Shown in pieces: positions 1 to 8,860 of a stretch of DNA of 20,000 bases. The stretch is from an uncultured virus (IMG/VR IMGVR_UViG_649633043_000004) (taxonomy: Duplodnaviria; Heunggongvirae; Uroviricota; Caudoviricetes): the IMG/VR virus record IMGVR_UViG_649633043_000004; one strand, given 5' to 3'. A program made the position numbers and the translations under genes. The notes under the pieces were generated by a model. The model ran no database searches and was not told the DNA's origin. It saw only the letters and a list, made by a program, of their open reading frames with translations. Within the stretch, counting starts at the first letter, position 1; every line of letters starts with the position of its first letter.

Positions 1-110
1 AGCTTTACGCTGCAAACGGTCAGATCGGGTTCCTCGCTTCCGAGCGTGTGGACGGCAAGCTGATCCTGCCGGAGGCTGTGCGCGGTCTTTCCGTCAAGGC
101 TGCTGGCTGA
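1..110 (+). CDS. Major capsid protein (HK97 fold), C-terminal fragment (5' truncated by window)
   Basis: My translation of the frame starting at nt 3 gives LYAANGQIGFLASERVDGKLILPEAVRGLSVKAAG*, with TGA at 108-110. The 'GQIGF.A.ERVDGKLI.PEA' pattern is typical of the C-terminus of HK97-family capsid proteins. It sits directly upstream of the head-tail connector. Not in the ORF track. Confidence 0.85.
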   Translation, partial: LYAANGQIGFLASERVDGKLILPEAVRGLSVKAAG

Positions 111-131
111 TTTACGCAGTAATCATCGAAT

Positions 132-165
132 GGCCGCTCTCACTATGAGGGCGGCTGTTCCTTTT
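132..165 (+). terminator. Hairpin / probable leaky intrinsic terminator after the capsid gene
   Basis: GCCGCTCTC-actat-GAGGGCGGC stem (one G-U pair) followed by tgttcctttt, just upstream of the GGAGG RBS of the next gene. Confidence 0.55.
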
Positions 166-178
166 ATGGAGGTATCTC

Positions 179-457
179 ATGGAAGTAACGCTTGATGAAG
201 CAAAAACATATCTGAGAGTCGCATCGATCGATGAGGATGAGCTGATCACAAGCATTATCGGCTCTGCCACAAAGCTCGTGCAGGATGTGTCAAGGATATC
301 TGATGAGGATTGGGAAACCGCCGACTCTGCGGTTATCCGCATAGCGATCCTCTACACCATCGCCTATCTCTATGAACACCGTGAGGAAGCTGATCATAGC
401 CAGCTGAACCTGACGCTTAGGGCGCTGCTCTTCGGCGTTCGTGAGGAGGGATTCTGA
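179..457 (+). CDS. Head-tail connector protein (HK97 gp6 / SPP1 gp15-like)
   Basis: 92 aa. Motifs 'VTLDEAKTYLRV...ED.LI..II.SA' and 'AILYTIAYLYEHRE'. GGAGG RBS. Immediately follows the capsid gene. Confidence 0.88.
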   Translation: MEVTLDEAKTYLRVASIDEDELITSIIGSATKLVQDVSRISDEDWETADSAVIRIAILYTIAYLYEHREEADHSQLNLTLRALLFGVREEGF

Positions 458-789
458 TGAATATCGCGGCAATGAGAGTCCCAGTGACCTTTCAGAAGAA
501 TACGGTCGCCACGGACAAGTACGGCAACCACACGGCTTCATGGACGGACTACTTCAAATGCTGGGCGACCATCGGAACACAGAGCGGATCGGAGTCAAAC
601 GGCGAGGTGATAAACCCGGAGGAATCTCTCGATTTCACCTGCCGATGGTGCTCAGAGCTTGCGGCTGTGGAATCCACAAAGTACCGGATTCTCGCCGAGG
701 GCAAGACCTACAACATCACCTATGTGAATCCGATGGGCTATAAACGCAACAGCATCAAATTCAACTGCAAGCTGGAGAAAAGCTCATGA
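457..789 (+). CDS. Head closure / head-tail adaptor (SPP1 gp16-like)
   Basis: 110 aa. 'R.PVTFQK....D.YGN....W.DYFKCWA' and 'YRI...GK.YNI..V' are typical of the head-tail joining family. TGATG overlap with the upstream gene. Confidence 0.85.
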   Translation: MNIAAMRVPVTFQKNTVATDKYGNHTASWTDYFKCWATIGTQSGSESNGEVINPEESLDFTCRWCSELAAVESTKYRILAEGKTYNITYVNPMGYKRNSIKFNCKLEKSS

Positions 790-1166
790 GCAATACCGTA
801 TCAATAGACCAGATGGATTCAGCCATCATGGACGAGCTGACGAAATACGCCGGACTTGCGGCGGACGACCTCAAGGATGCCGTAAAGGATACAGCGAAAT
901 CTGTACGCAAGGACATCATGGACAACGCTCCCGTGGATACGGGCAAATACAAGAAGTCGTGGTCCGTAAAAAATGTGCATGAGGACGCGGAATCTATCGA
1001 CCTTGTCGTGCATTCGAGGAACCGCTATCAGATAGCGCACCTTCTGGAGCATGGCCATGCCAAGCGAGGCGGAGGCAGAGTCGCCGCCCGTCCGCACATC
1101 GCCGCTGCTGAGGAACGCGGAAACGAAAAGCTCGTGCAGACATTGGAGGAGAAACTGAAAGGATGA
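786..1166 (+). CDS. HK97 gp10-like neck/tail completion protein
   Basis: 126 aa. Motifs 'APVDTGKYKKSW' and 'HLLEHGHAKRGGGRV.ARPHI'. ATGA overlap with the upstream gene. Confidence 0.88.
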   Translation: MSNTVSIDQMDSAIMDELTKYAGLAADDLKDAVKDTAKSVRKDIMDNAPVDTGKYKKSWSVKNVHEDAESIDLVVHSRNRYQIAHLLEHGHAKRGGGRVAARPHIAAAEERGNEKLVQTLEEKLKG

Positions 1167-1489
1167 CTTACGACGAAATAGTAACCATGCTCGAAGAATC
1201 CGGCCTGCCGACAGCCTACGACCACTTTGCCGAGGGCGAGTCTCCCGATCCGCCCTTCACCTGCTTCCTCTTTCCGGGAAGCGACAATGTTTTCGCGGAC
1301 AACGTGGTCTGGCAGAAAATCGATGAACTGAATATCGAGCTTTACACAGACAAGAAGGACCCTGACATCGAATCGAAAATCGAGGATATCCTGACCGCTC
1401 ACGAGCTTCCCTATGAGAAGTCCGAGGTCTGGATTGAGGACGAAAAGATGTACGAGGTTCTTTATCAAACTGAGATTATTGGAGGTTAA
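1163..1489 (+). CDS. Putative tail terminator / tail completion protein
   Basis: 108 aa acidic protein ('LP.AYDHF.EGE.PDPPF', 'IELYTDKKD', 'E.MYEVLY') in the canonical position between the gp10-like gene and the major tail protein. ATGA overlap. Confidence 0.75.
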   Translation: MTYDEIVTMLEESGLPTAYDHFAEGESPDPPFTCFLFPGSDNVFADNVVWQKIDELNIELYTDKKDPDIESKIEDILTAHELPYEKSEVWIEDEKMYEVLYQTEIIGG

Positions 1490-1494
1490 CGATT

Positions 1495-2091
1495 ATGGCT
1501 AACACAAAGAACAAGGTCAAGTTCGGCCTGAAGAACTGCCACTACGCCATTGCGACGCTTGCCGAGGATGGCACCGTGACATTTGCGACACCTGTGGCTA
1601 TGCCAGGAGCGGTCAGCCTGTCCCTCGATGCTGAGGGCGACAACGATCCGTTCTATGCGGATGATTCTGTTTACTACATGGTATCGAACAATAACGGATA
1701 TTCCGGCGACTTCGAGCTCGCGCTGATTCCGGAGAGTTTCCTCACGGACGTCATGCATGAGACTGAGGACGCGAATGGCGTGATTGTCGAGAACAAGGAT
1801 GTCGAGCCGGAGCATTTCGCTCTGCTTTTCGAGTTTTCCGGAGATCAGCGGAAGATCCGCCACTGCATGTATTACTGCTCTGCGACAAGACCTTCTGTTT
1901 CCGGTCAGACCAAGGAGGACTCCACAGAAGTCCAGACCGAAACGCTGTCGCTGACTGTTTCTCCGCTGCCTTCCGGACTCGTGAAGGTCAAGACCGGCAC
2001 GAATACCACGGACGCTGTTTACAACGCCTGGTACGACAAGGTCTACGAGCCGAGCGCGAGCGCGACAACGAGCGGCTCTACTACTGAGTGA
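1495..2091 (+). CDS. Major tail (tube) protein, phi13 family
   Basis: 198 aa. Motifs 'NKVKFGLKNCHYA', 'PGAVSLSLD.EG....FYAD..VYY...NNGYSGD.E.A', 'FALLFEF.GD....RH..YYC.ATRP'. GGAGG RBS. Confidence 0.92.
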   Translation: MANTKNKVKFGLKNCHYAIATLAEDGTVTFATPVAMPGAVSLSLDAEGDNDPFYADDSVYYMVSNNNGYSGDFELALIPESFLTDVMHETEDANGVIVENKDVEPEHFALLFEFSGDQRKIRHCMYYCSATRPSVSGQTKEDSTEVQTETLSLTVSPLPSGLVKVKTGTNTTDAVYNAWYDKVYEPSASATTSGSTTE

Positions 2092-2102
2092 GGTGACGAG
2101 AT

Positions 2103-2480
2103 ATGGCAGTAACAAAAACTATCACGATTGACGGTCAGGAGGTCACATTCCGTGCCTCCGCCGCTATTCCGCGGCTTTACAGAAATAAGTTTCACCGGGA
2201 TATCTACCGGGACTTAAACGAGCTGCAGAAAGGCATCGATGAGAGCAACGCCGAGAATTCAAATCTCGACACCTTCTCTCTGGAGCTTTTCGAGAACATC
2301 GCATGGCTCATGGCAAAGCATGCGGATTCATCTGTTCCCGATACGCCGGAGGAATGGCTCGACGCATTCAATACTTTCTCGATTTACGAGATACTCCCGC
2401 AGATTATCGAGCTGTGGGGACTGAATACCGAACAGCAGGTCAGTTCTAAAAAAAACATCGCCAGACAGAGCGGGAAATGA
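2103..2480 (+). CDS. Tail assembly chaperone (lambda gpG equivalent)
   Basis: 125 aa between the major tail protein and the tape measure. Ends ...TCT AAA AAA AAC (slippery run). GAGGTG RBS. Confidence 0.85.
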   Translation: MAVTKTITIDGQEVTFRASAAIPRLYRNKFHRDIYRDLNELQKGIDESNAENSNLDTFSLELFENIAWLMAKHADSSVPDTPEEWLDAFNTFSIYEILPQIIELWGLNTEQQVSSKKNIARQSGK

Positions 2481-2496
2481 CGACTCCGCTCTTTTT
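2448..2496 (+). promoter_or_regulatory. Programmed -1 ribosomal frameshift site (A AAA AAC) with downstream hairpin
   Basis: A8C at 2448-2456. The X XXY YYZ heptamer at 2450-2456 is correctly phased. A stem AGAGCGGG (2467-2474) / TCCGCTCT (2485-2492) lies downstream. Confidence 0.75.
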
Positions 2497-2641
2497 GCTG
2501 CGGTGTGTGCAGATCGGATTGAGTATCTCTGAACTTGACCTGCTCACCATCGGCACGGTCAACGATATGTATGCCGAAATGAGCAACGACGACTGGGATT
2601 ACCCGGAAATCGCGACACAGGAAATGATGGACAGATTCTAA
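2477..2641 (+). CDS. Tail assembly chaperone frameshift extension (gpT equivalent); 54 aa if started at its own ATG
   Basis: Lies in the -1 frame relative to 2103..2480 and is open from the A8 run: (KHRQTERE)MTTPLFLLRCVQIGLSISELDLLTIGTVNDMYAEMSNDDWDYPEIATQEMMDRF*, with TAA at 2639-2641. Fills the gap up to the tape-measure RBS. Missing from the ORF track. Confidence 0.8.
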   Translation: MTTPLFLLRCVQIGLSISELDLLTIGTVNDMYAEMSNDDWDYPEIATQEMMDRF

Positions 2642-2656
2642 CGAGAGGAGGTCTGT

Positions 2657-5371
2657 ATGGCTGACAGAATTAAAGGCATAACTGTTGAAATTGGCGGCGA
2701 TACGACCGGCCTCTCGAAGGCTCTGTCTGGCGTCAACAAGGAAATCAAAAGCACCCAGACACAGCTGAAGGATGTGAATAAGCTCCTGAAGCTCGATCCG
2801 ACCAACACCACTCTGCTCGAGCAGAAGCAGAAGCTCCTGCAGACCGCTATCACGGAAACAAAGGATAAGCTCTCCCAGCTCAAATCCGTCCAGGACCAGA
2901 TGGATGAAGGCCTGAAAAACGGCACCGTCACGCAACAGCAGTATGACGCGTGGCAGCGGGAAATCATCGAAACCGAGAACGAGCTGAAGAACCTCGAGAA
3001 GGAAGTCAAGAATACCGACTCCTCTATCGAGGCGACGCTCAAAGAAACCGGCTCCAAGATGCAGGAGGTCGGCGGGAAAATATCCGGCGTGGGCGAATCT
3101 CTCTCCAAAGGCGTGACGGCTCCGATTGCTGCTATCGGCGCGGCTTCTCTCGCGGCGTTCAGCGAGGTGGATTCCGGGCTTGATATCGTCGAACAGAAAA
3201 CCGGCGCTACCGGAGATGCCCTCGAGGAAATGAACCAGATCGTAAAGGACCTGGCTACAGAAATCCCGACTGATTTTGAAACCGCTGGCTCCGCAGTCGG
3301 CGAGGTCAATACCCGTTTCGGACTTACCGGGCAGGCCCTTGACGACCTTTCAGCGAAGTTTATCAAATTCGCATCTCTGAACGATACGGATGTTTCGACC
3401 TCTGTCGATAACGTCTCCTCGGTTCTAAACGCCTTCGGCCAGTCAACAAACGATGCCGGGAACCTCCTCGATGCTCTGAACGCCACAGGTCAGGCGACCG
3501 GTATCTCAATGGATACGCTTGCCAACGACCTCTCCCAGAACGCGGCGCAGTTCAAGGAAATGGGACTGACCGCGCAGGAGGCTGCCGGATTCATGGGCAT
3601 GGTCGAGATGTCAGGTCTTGATACCTCCACTGCTATGGCAGGTCTTAAGAAAGCCATGAAGAACGCCGCCGATGACGGCATCTCCCTTGACGATGCGATG
3701 AAGAATTTTTCGGAGACGATGAATTCCAATGCATCCGATACTGATAAGCTATCCGCCGCCTATGACCTATTCGGCAGCAAGGCAGGTGCGGCAATCTACA
3801 ATGCCGTGCAGACCGGGAAGCTGAACCTTGATGATTTATCCGGCTCTCTCGGCGACTTTGCGGGAAGCGTCGACAACACATTTAATGAAACCCTCGATCC
3901 TATCGACCAGTTTCAGATGACGCTGAACTCGCTGAAGGAAGTCGGCGCGGATATCGGAAACAGCCTCGCGACCGTCCTTCAGCCGGTGCTGCAGGATATC
4001 TCGGCTGCCCTCCAGCGGTTTGCAGATGTGTGGAATTCCATCCCCGCTCCCGTTCAGGAGACCATTGTAAAGATCGCCCTTGTCGCGGCTGCAGTCGGAC
4101 CTGTGCTGATTGTAGTCGGCAAGCTCATCACATCGGTCGGTACGATTCTCACGATCATCCCGAAGATATCCTCGGCGATGGCTGTGGTGAAAACCGGCAT
4201 GGCCGCGTTAAACGGCGTAATGGCAGCGAATCCTATCGGGCTGATTATCACAGCAATCGGACTGCTGGTAGCCGCATTTATTTATCTCTGGAACAACTGT
4301 GAGAGCTTCCGGAACTTCTGGATAAATCTCTGGGACAACATCAAGGAAGTCGCAGTCACTGTGTTTACGGCGCTGAAGGACTTCTTCGTCACAATATGGG
4401 AGGCAATCAAGAATGTATTCACATCGGCTGTAAACGGAATCAGCAGCTTTCTGTCCGGTGCGTGGAATGGAATAAAAACTGTCGCAACAACCGTGATGAA
4501 TGCCATCAGCACGGTGATCCAGACGGTCTGGAATGGCATCAAGACATTCTTCACCACAATATTTTCTGCAATACAGACTGTCGTGACGACTTATTTCAAT
4601 ATCTATAAAACTGTGATAACCACGGTGCTGAACGCGATAAAAACCGTGGTTACGACCGTATGGAACGCCATAAAGACAGCCATCACGACTGTGGTCAATG
4701 CCATAAAGACTGTGGTTACTACGGCTTGGAATGGGATAAAGACGGTCACCTCAACGGTTTTCAATGCCGTGAAATCCGTAGCAACTTCCGTCTGGAACGG
4801 CATCAAGTCCGCTGTGATGAATGCCGTGAACACGATGAAATCCGGAATCAGCTCCGCCTTCAACGCGATCAAGAGCACGATCAGCGGAATCCTGAACGGC
4901 ATCAAGAGTACCTTCAGTTCCGTATTCAACGGCATCTGGAGCTTTGTCTCCGGCATCGTGAGCAAGCTGAAATCGGTATTCAACTTCAGCTGGAGCCTGC
5001 CGAAAATCAAGCTCCCACATTTCTCTATCACAGGCAGTTTCAGTCTGAACCCGCCAAGCATACCGCACTTTTCCGTCTCCTGGTACAAGAAAGCGATGGA
5101 CGGCGGCATGATTTTGAAAGACGCGACCATCTTCGGACAGTCCGGCAATACGCTCCTTGGCGGAGGCGAGGCTGGCGCAGAAGCTGTGGTCGGCGTGAAC
5201 TCCCTGCGGAACATGATAAAGGACGCGGTCAGCGAGAACATCGGAAACAGCGGTCCGGTTATCAATATTGAAACCATGAGCGTCCGCAGTGACGACGACA
5301 TACGGAAAATCTCTCAGCAGCTCAACAACCTGCTGGTGGCAAGCAGACGCGCGAAAGGATCGGTGATCTGA
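2657..5371 (+). CDS. Tail tape measure protein
   Basis: 904 aa. N-terminus 'RIKGITVEIGGDTTGLSKAL', Ala/Gly-rich helical body, hydrophobic segments, Trp/Phe-periodic repeats, C-terminal 'WY.KA..GG......IFG......GGEAG.EAV'. AGGAGG RBS. Confidence 0.95.
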   Translation: MADRIKGITVEIGGDTTGLSKALSGVNKEIKSTQTQLKDVNKLLKLDPTNTTLLEQKQKLLQTAITETKDKLSQLKSVQDQMDEGLKNGTVTQQQYDAWQREIIETENELKNLEKEVKNTDSSIEATLKETGSKMQEVGGKISGVGESLSKGVTAPIAAIGAASLAAFSEVDSGLDIVEQKTGATGDALEEMNQIVKDLATEIPTDFETAGSAVGEVNTRFGLTGQALDDLSAKFIKFASLNDTDVSTSVDNVSSVLNAFGQSTNDAGNLLDALNATGQATGISMDTLANDLSQNAAQFKEMGLTAQEAAGFMGMVEMSGLDTSTAMAGLKKAMKNAADDGISLDDAMKNFSETMNSNASDTDKLSAAYDLFGSKAGAAIYNAVQTGKLNLDDLSGSLGDFAGSVDNTFNETLDPIDQFQMTLNSLKEVGADIGNSLATVLQPVLQDISAALQRFADVWNSIPAPVQETIVKIALVAAAVGPVLIVVGKLITSVGTILTIIPKISSAMAVVKTGMAALNGVMAANPIGLIITAIGLLVAAFIYLWNNCESFRNFWINLWDNIKEVAVTVFTALKDFFVTIWEAIKNVFTSAVNGISSFLSGAWNGIKTVATTVMNAISTVIQTVWNGIKTFFTTIFSAIQTVVTTYFNIYKTVITTVLNAIKTVVTTVWNAIKTAITTVVNAIKTVVTTAWNGIKTVTSTVFNAVKSVATSVWNGIKSAVMNAVNTMKSGISSAFNAIKSTISGILNGIKSTFSSVFNGIWSFVSGIVSKLKSVFNFSWSLPKIKLPHFSITGSFSLNPPSIPHFSVSWYKKAMDGGMILKDATIFGQSGNTLLGGGEAGAEAVVGVNSLRNMIKDAVSENIGNSGPVINIETMSVRSDDDIRKISQQLNNLLVASRRAKGSVI
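4285..4985 (+). repeat. Degenerate ~11-aa periodic repeats in the tape measure
   Basis: Recurring units such as TTVWNAIKTAI, TTVVNAIKTVV, TTAWNGIKTVT, STVFNAVKSVA and TSVWNGIKSAV. Boundaries approximate. Confidence 0.8.
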
Positions 5372-7275
5372 TGGGCTTTAAATTCAACGGCATAACTTCC
5401 CAGTCGATGGAACTTGCTACCCGGCAGACTGCCGAGAACCGCATGCCGGACTTTACAAACAATACGATCACCGTTCCCGGACGCGAGGGCGTATTCGACT
5501 TTGGAGAAACCATCGGCGAACGCAAGATAGAAATATCCTGCTTTATACCGCCGGGCAAGTCTGACGAGGACTTTCTCGCCCGGAAGGATGAGATCATCGC
5601 GTGGCTTAATCCCGACATCGGACTATGCCCGCTCATCCTCGACAAGGAGCCGGGACGGGTGTATCAGGCAAGGCTTGAGGGCGGATTTTCCTTCGACAAG
5701 GCCGTGCGGAACTCCTGCACCTTCGACCTGACATTTTTATGCCCTGATCCGTATGCGTATGCGGAGAATGATGAAACCTACGAGATAACAGATACCGGCG
5801 AGCATACAGTCAGCCGTTCCCTCGGTAACGCCGACTCCCTTCCGGTCTATTCCGTTGTAGCCGACCTTGCCAAGGGAAAGAGCACCATCATCACCACGAA
5901 CGGCAGCAGCCTGCAGATAAACGGCGTGCTTACGGAAAGCGAGATTCTTGTAATCGACTCCTCGCTTATGACTGCGAAGGTCACGGACGCTGACGGCAAT
6001 ACGCTCCGAAACGGCCTGCCGCTTCTGGAGAGCTTAAACTTCCCGGCGCTCAAGGTCGACGATAATACGGTAAAGGTTGAAGCGGACAGCACCACGCAGG
6101 TAACGGTACAGACATTAAATTCGCAGGACAAGTTCACCGGTCAGGTTCCTTCTTCATGGGGAGCGGACGGCCTGTGGCGGTTCAACGAGTCAGCGCCAGA
6201 TTCCGAGTATTATCTCGCTGATTCATCCGGAAATGACCGCAAGGCATATATCAATAACTGGAGCGGCACGACAGCGTCACTTCAGACCGGACACCTCGGT
6301 CGCTCCTTCCGCATGAACATCAATAATCCGTCCACAGAGCAGTCCTATCTCAAGGTCAGCAATGACGGCACGATCTTTGCAAATATCGGCAAGACGCTCG
6401 TTGTCGGCGGATGGTTCATGCCTACGACCTATTCCGTCGGAAATACCTTTTGCCCACTGCTCAATACCCGGTACGGCTCCGGCAATCCGATATTCTACCT
6501 GTCGCTGCATTCCGGGAAGCCGAGACTGATGCTGTACAACTCATCCGGGACGCTGATCCTCGACAAGGACTACACGCCGAGCATCACGCTGACAAACGGA
6601 CAGTGGTATTTCCTTGCCGCTGTCATACGACCGGACGACAAGGTGGCGCAGTATGTCCTTGGCAGCCGCTCATCAGGAGAAGTTTGGATATCTGATGAGA
6701 CGAGTTATTCCGGCGAGCTGAACCGCTCCTGCACGGCTGACCTCATCTGGGGAATGCATGCCGATTCCTACTGGTTCGCTGGAAACTTTGACGACTGGTT
6801 CTTAGACTGCGACTCCTCACTGACGGCGGACGATATCGCTCTGTGGTTTCAGGAATCGCTTTCGGCAAACGCGGCGGATTCTACGGCGGATGTGGACGGG
6901 CTTACGGCCTCGGATACGGTGACGCTCAAAGCGACTGATTCTGTCTACGCGACGAGCGGCTATCTTACGACCGCCGCTGTGGAATATGGCATCACTGGGA
7001 AATGCTATGCTGCGGTTTCCGCTGATACTCCGACAGGAACATCTGTCGTTTTGGAAACATCCACATCGGATGATCTTTCCACCTGGAGTGACTGGGCAAC
7101 GCCGGATTCAGTCGGTCTGATCCAGTCTGATTCGGCAAAGTACATCAGGTTCCGTGTGACGCTTGCGACGACGGATTCATCGGTAACACCAACGGTAAGA
7201 AATATTACGATCTCTACGCCCGGAGAGTCGGCTTTTAAGAAATTAACGATACAGGCACGGAGCAGATGGAGATGA
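5371..7275 (+). CDS. Distal tail protein (Dit) with inserted LamG/concanavalin-like domain ('evolved Dit')
   Basis: 634 aa. The N-terminus is Dit-like ('FKFNG..S', 'VPGR.G', 'L..D.EP.RVY.A', 'F.CPDPY.Y'). A central LamG-like region contains 'LWRFNE', 'DSSGN', 'GQWYFLA' and 'F.GNFDD'. It ends in a Dit-like strand 'LTIQARSRW'. Directly follows the tape measure. Confidence 0.85.
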   Translation: MGFKFNGITSQSMELATRQTAENRMPDFTNNTITVPGREGVFDFGETIGERKIEISCFIPPGKSDEDFLARKDEIIAWLNPDIGLCPLILDKEPGRVYQARLEGGFSFDKAVRNSCTFDLTFLCPDPYAYAENDETYEITDTGEHTVSRSLGNADSLPVYSVVADLAKGKSTIITTNGSSLQINGVLTESEILVIDSSLMTAKVTDADGNTLRNGLPLLESLNFPALKVDDNTVKVEADSTTQVTVQTLNSQDKFTGQVPSSWGADGLWRFNESAPDSEYYLADSSGNDRKAYINNWSGTTASLQTGHLGRSFRMNINNPSTEQSYLKVSNDGTIFANIGKTLVVGGWFMPTTYSVGNTFCPLLNTRYGSGNPIFYLSLHSGKPRLMLYNSSGTLILDKDYTPSITLTNGQWYFLAAVIRPDDKVAQYVLGSRSSGEVWISDETSYSGELNRSCTADLIWGMHADSYWFAGNFDDWFLDCDSSLTADDIALWFQESLSANAADSTADVDGLTASDTVTLKATDSVYATSGYLTTAAVEYGITGKCYAAVSADTPTGTSVVLETSTSDDLSTWSDWATPDSVGLIQSDSAKYIRFRVTLATTDSSVTPTVRNITISTPGESAFKKLTIQARSRWR

Positions 7276-8651
7276 CGGCTGTGGCTGATACAAAACTTGT
7301 GGTCCTCGACCAGAACGGCAGTCAGGAAGCCGTCCTCGACAACGCCTACGACATCATCATTACCGGCGAGATAAACGGCATCGACACGCTGGAATTTAAC
7401 CTGCCCTTCCGGGATGAGAAAAGGAAATATCTCGAAAACGAGAAACAGGTCAAGGTCGGCGATGATGCCTACCGCATAAGGACTCTGACCGATGAGAAAA
7501 ATGAACAAGGCACAACGATCACCTCTGTGTATGCCGAGGCAGCATTCTACGACCTCGGCTTTTCTGTCAAGAAGGCAGAGACCACATTCAATGCCGATAC
7601 CGCTGATGTGCCGATTGAATATGCCCTGAAGGACACGGACTGGACGCTCGGTACGGTTACCACCCGCACGAAGCGCACATGGACCTGTCAGGAGAAAAAC
7701 GCGCTGGCTATCCTCCGTCAGGTGCAGAACCTTCACGGCGGCGATCTGATTTTCGATAATGCCAACAAGACCGTGAGCCTGCTGACCTTCAGCGGGACGG
7801 ACTCCGGAGCACTGTTCTGTTACAAGAAGAACATGAAGTCGATAAAGCGCGTCATCGATACGCAGAGCCTGATCACCCGGCTGTACGCTTATGGCAAGGA
7901 CGGTATGACCTTCGCAAGTATCAATGACGGCAAGGAATATGTCGAGGACACGACTTATACAAACGAAATCCGGGTATCAACGCTCGACTGCTCCAGCTTC
8001 ACAAATCCTTATCAGATGCTGGAATACGCCGAGATGAGACTGGCAGATTACGCCGCACCGAGGATTTCCTATGTTCTGAACGCGATGGATTTATCTGTTC
8101 TTACCGGCTACGAGCATGAAGCGTGGAAGCTCGGCGACATCGTGACGGTCAAGGACGACGAGCTGAATCTTTCCATCAAAACGAGAATCGTCCGCAGAGA
8201 ATATAACCTACGGGAACCGTGGAACACGGTTCTGGAGCTTTCCACCACGCTCCGGGAACTTGGCGATTCGTCCTCGCAGTGGGACGCCGCCGCGGATATG
8301 CTCTCCGGCGCTGACCTCGTGGACAGCCAGGAAATGAAGGACCTTGTACCGTTCAACCATCTGAAAAATTCCAGAGCGGATTCCGGCTTAAATTACTGGG
8401 AGAACTCCGGCTTTGAGGTGGATTCAGAGAACGGTGTGTCCGGCACGGCGTCCTTCAAATGCGAAGGTGCTCTCAATACGACAAAGAGCCTGACGCAGAC
8501 CGTCACTCCGGCAAACCGCGACAGCTATACCTTCTCCTGCCAGATCGCGTCCGAGGATTTATCTATGGGCGACAACGGCCAGGTCGGTATCGAGGTGACA
8601 TTCGAATATGAGGATGGTACGACCGAGACTCGGTTCATTGACCTGATTTGA
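7266..8651 (+). CDS. Tal / baseplate hub-like tail protein (prophage tail 'endopeptidase' family) with C-terminal partial CBM-like region
   Basis: 461 aa (true start may be ATG 7272 or GTG 7281). Motifs 'EING.DTLEF', 'Y.KN.KSI.R..D...LITRLY.YGKDG', 'LGD.V.V.D.EL......RIV......PW...LEL'. Follows Dit. Confidence 0.85.
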   Translation: MEMTAVADTKLVVLDQNGSQEAVLDNAYDIIITGEINGIDTLEFNLPFRDEKRKYLENEKQVKVGDDAYRIRTLTDEKNEQGTTITSVYAEAAFYDLGFSVKKAETTFNADTADVPIEYALKDTDWTLGTVTTRTKRTWTCQEKNALAILRQVQNLHGGDLIFDNANKTVSLLTFSGTDSGALFCYKKNMKSIKRVIDTQSLITRLYAYGKDGMTFASINDGKEYVEDTTYTNEIRVSTLDCSSFTNPYQMLEYAEMRLADYAAPRISYVLNAMDLSVLTGYEHEAWKLGDIVTVKDDELNLSIKTRIVRREYNLREPWNTVLELSTTLRELGDSSSQWDAAADMLSGADLVDSQEMKDLVPFNHLKNSRADSGLNYWENSGFEVDSENGVSGTASFKCEGALNTTKSLTQTVTPANRDSYTFSCQIASEDLSMGDNGQVGIEVTFEYEDGTTETRFIDLI

Positions 8652-8663
8652 GGAGGTATTCAG

Positions 8664-8858
8664 ATGGCTTCTTTTAATCATATGGCGCAAGCGGTTTCTC
8701 CGCAAAATGGACGCGTGAAGAAAATCCGCATCCGCGTCTGCGTGACGGACTGCACCGGCACAATTTACATCACGGATATGTTCCTGCAGGGCGGCTCTAT
8801 CGCGACCGGCTGGGTGGGACATGTCAGCGAGATTCAGTGGACGCAGGACGGTGACTGA
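8664..8858 (+). CDS. Small tail-tip protein resembling the C-terminal half of a CBM-like beta-sandwich
   Basis: 64 aa with an AGGAGGT RBS. Contains 'VTDCTGTIYITDMFLQGG.IATGW'. Paralogous to the N-terminus of the next ORF. Confidence 0.75.
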   Translation: MASFNHMAQAVSPQNGRVKKIRIRVCVTDCTGTIYITDMFLQGGSIATGWVGHVSEIQWTQDGD

Positions 8859-8860
8859 TT

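Noticed and set aside
4660..5271. 203-aa alternative-frame + strand ORF with Arg/His/Gln repeats inside the tape measure
   Set aside because: Its repetitiveness mirrors the tape-measure repeats read in another frame. There is no independent evidence of expression.
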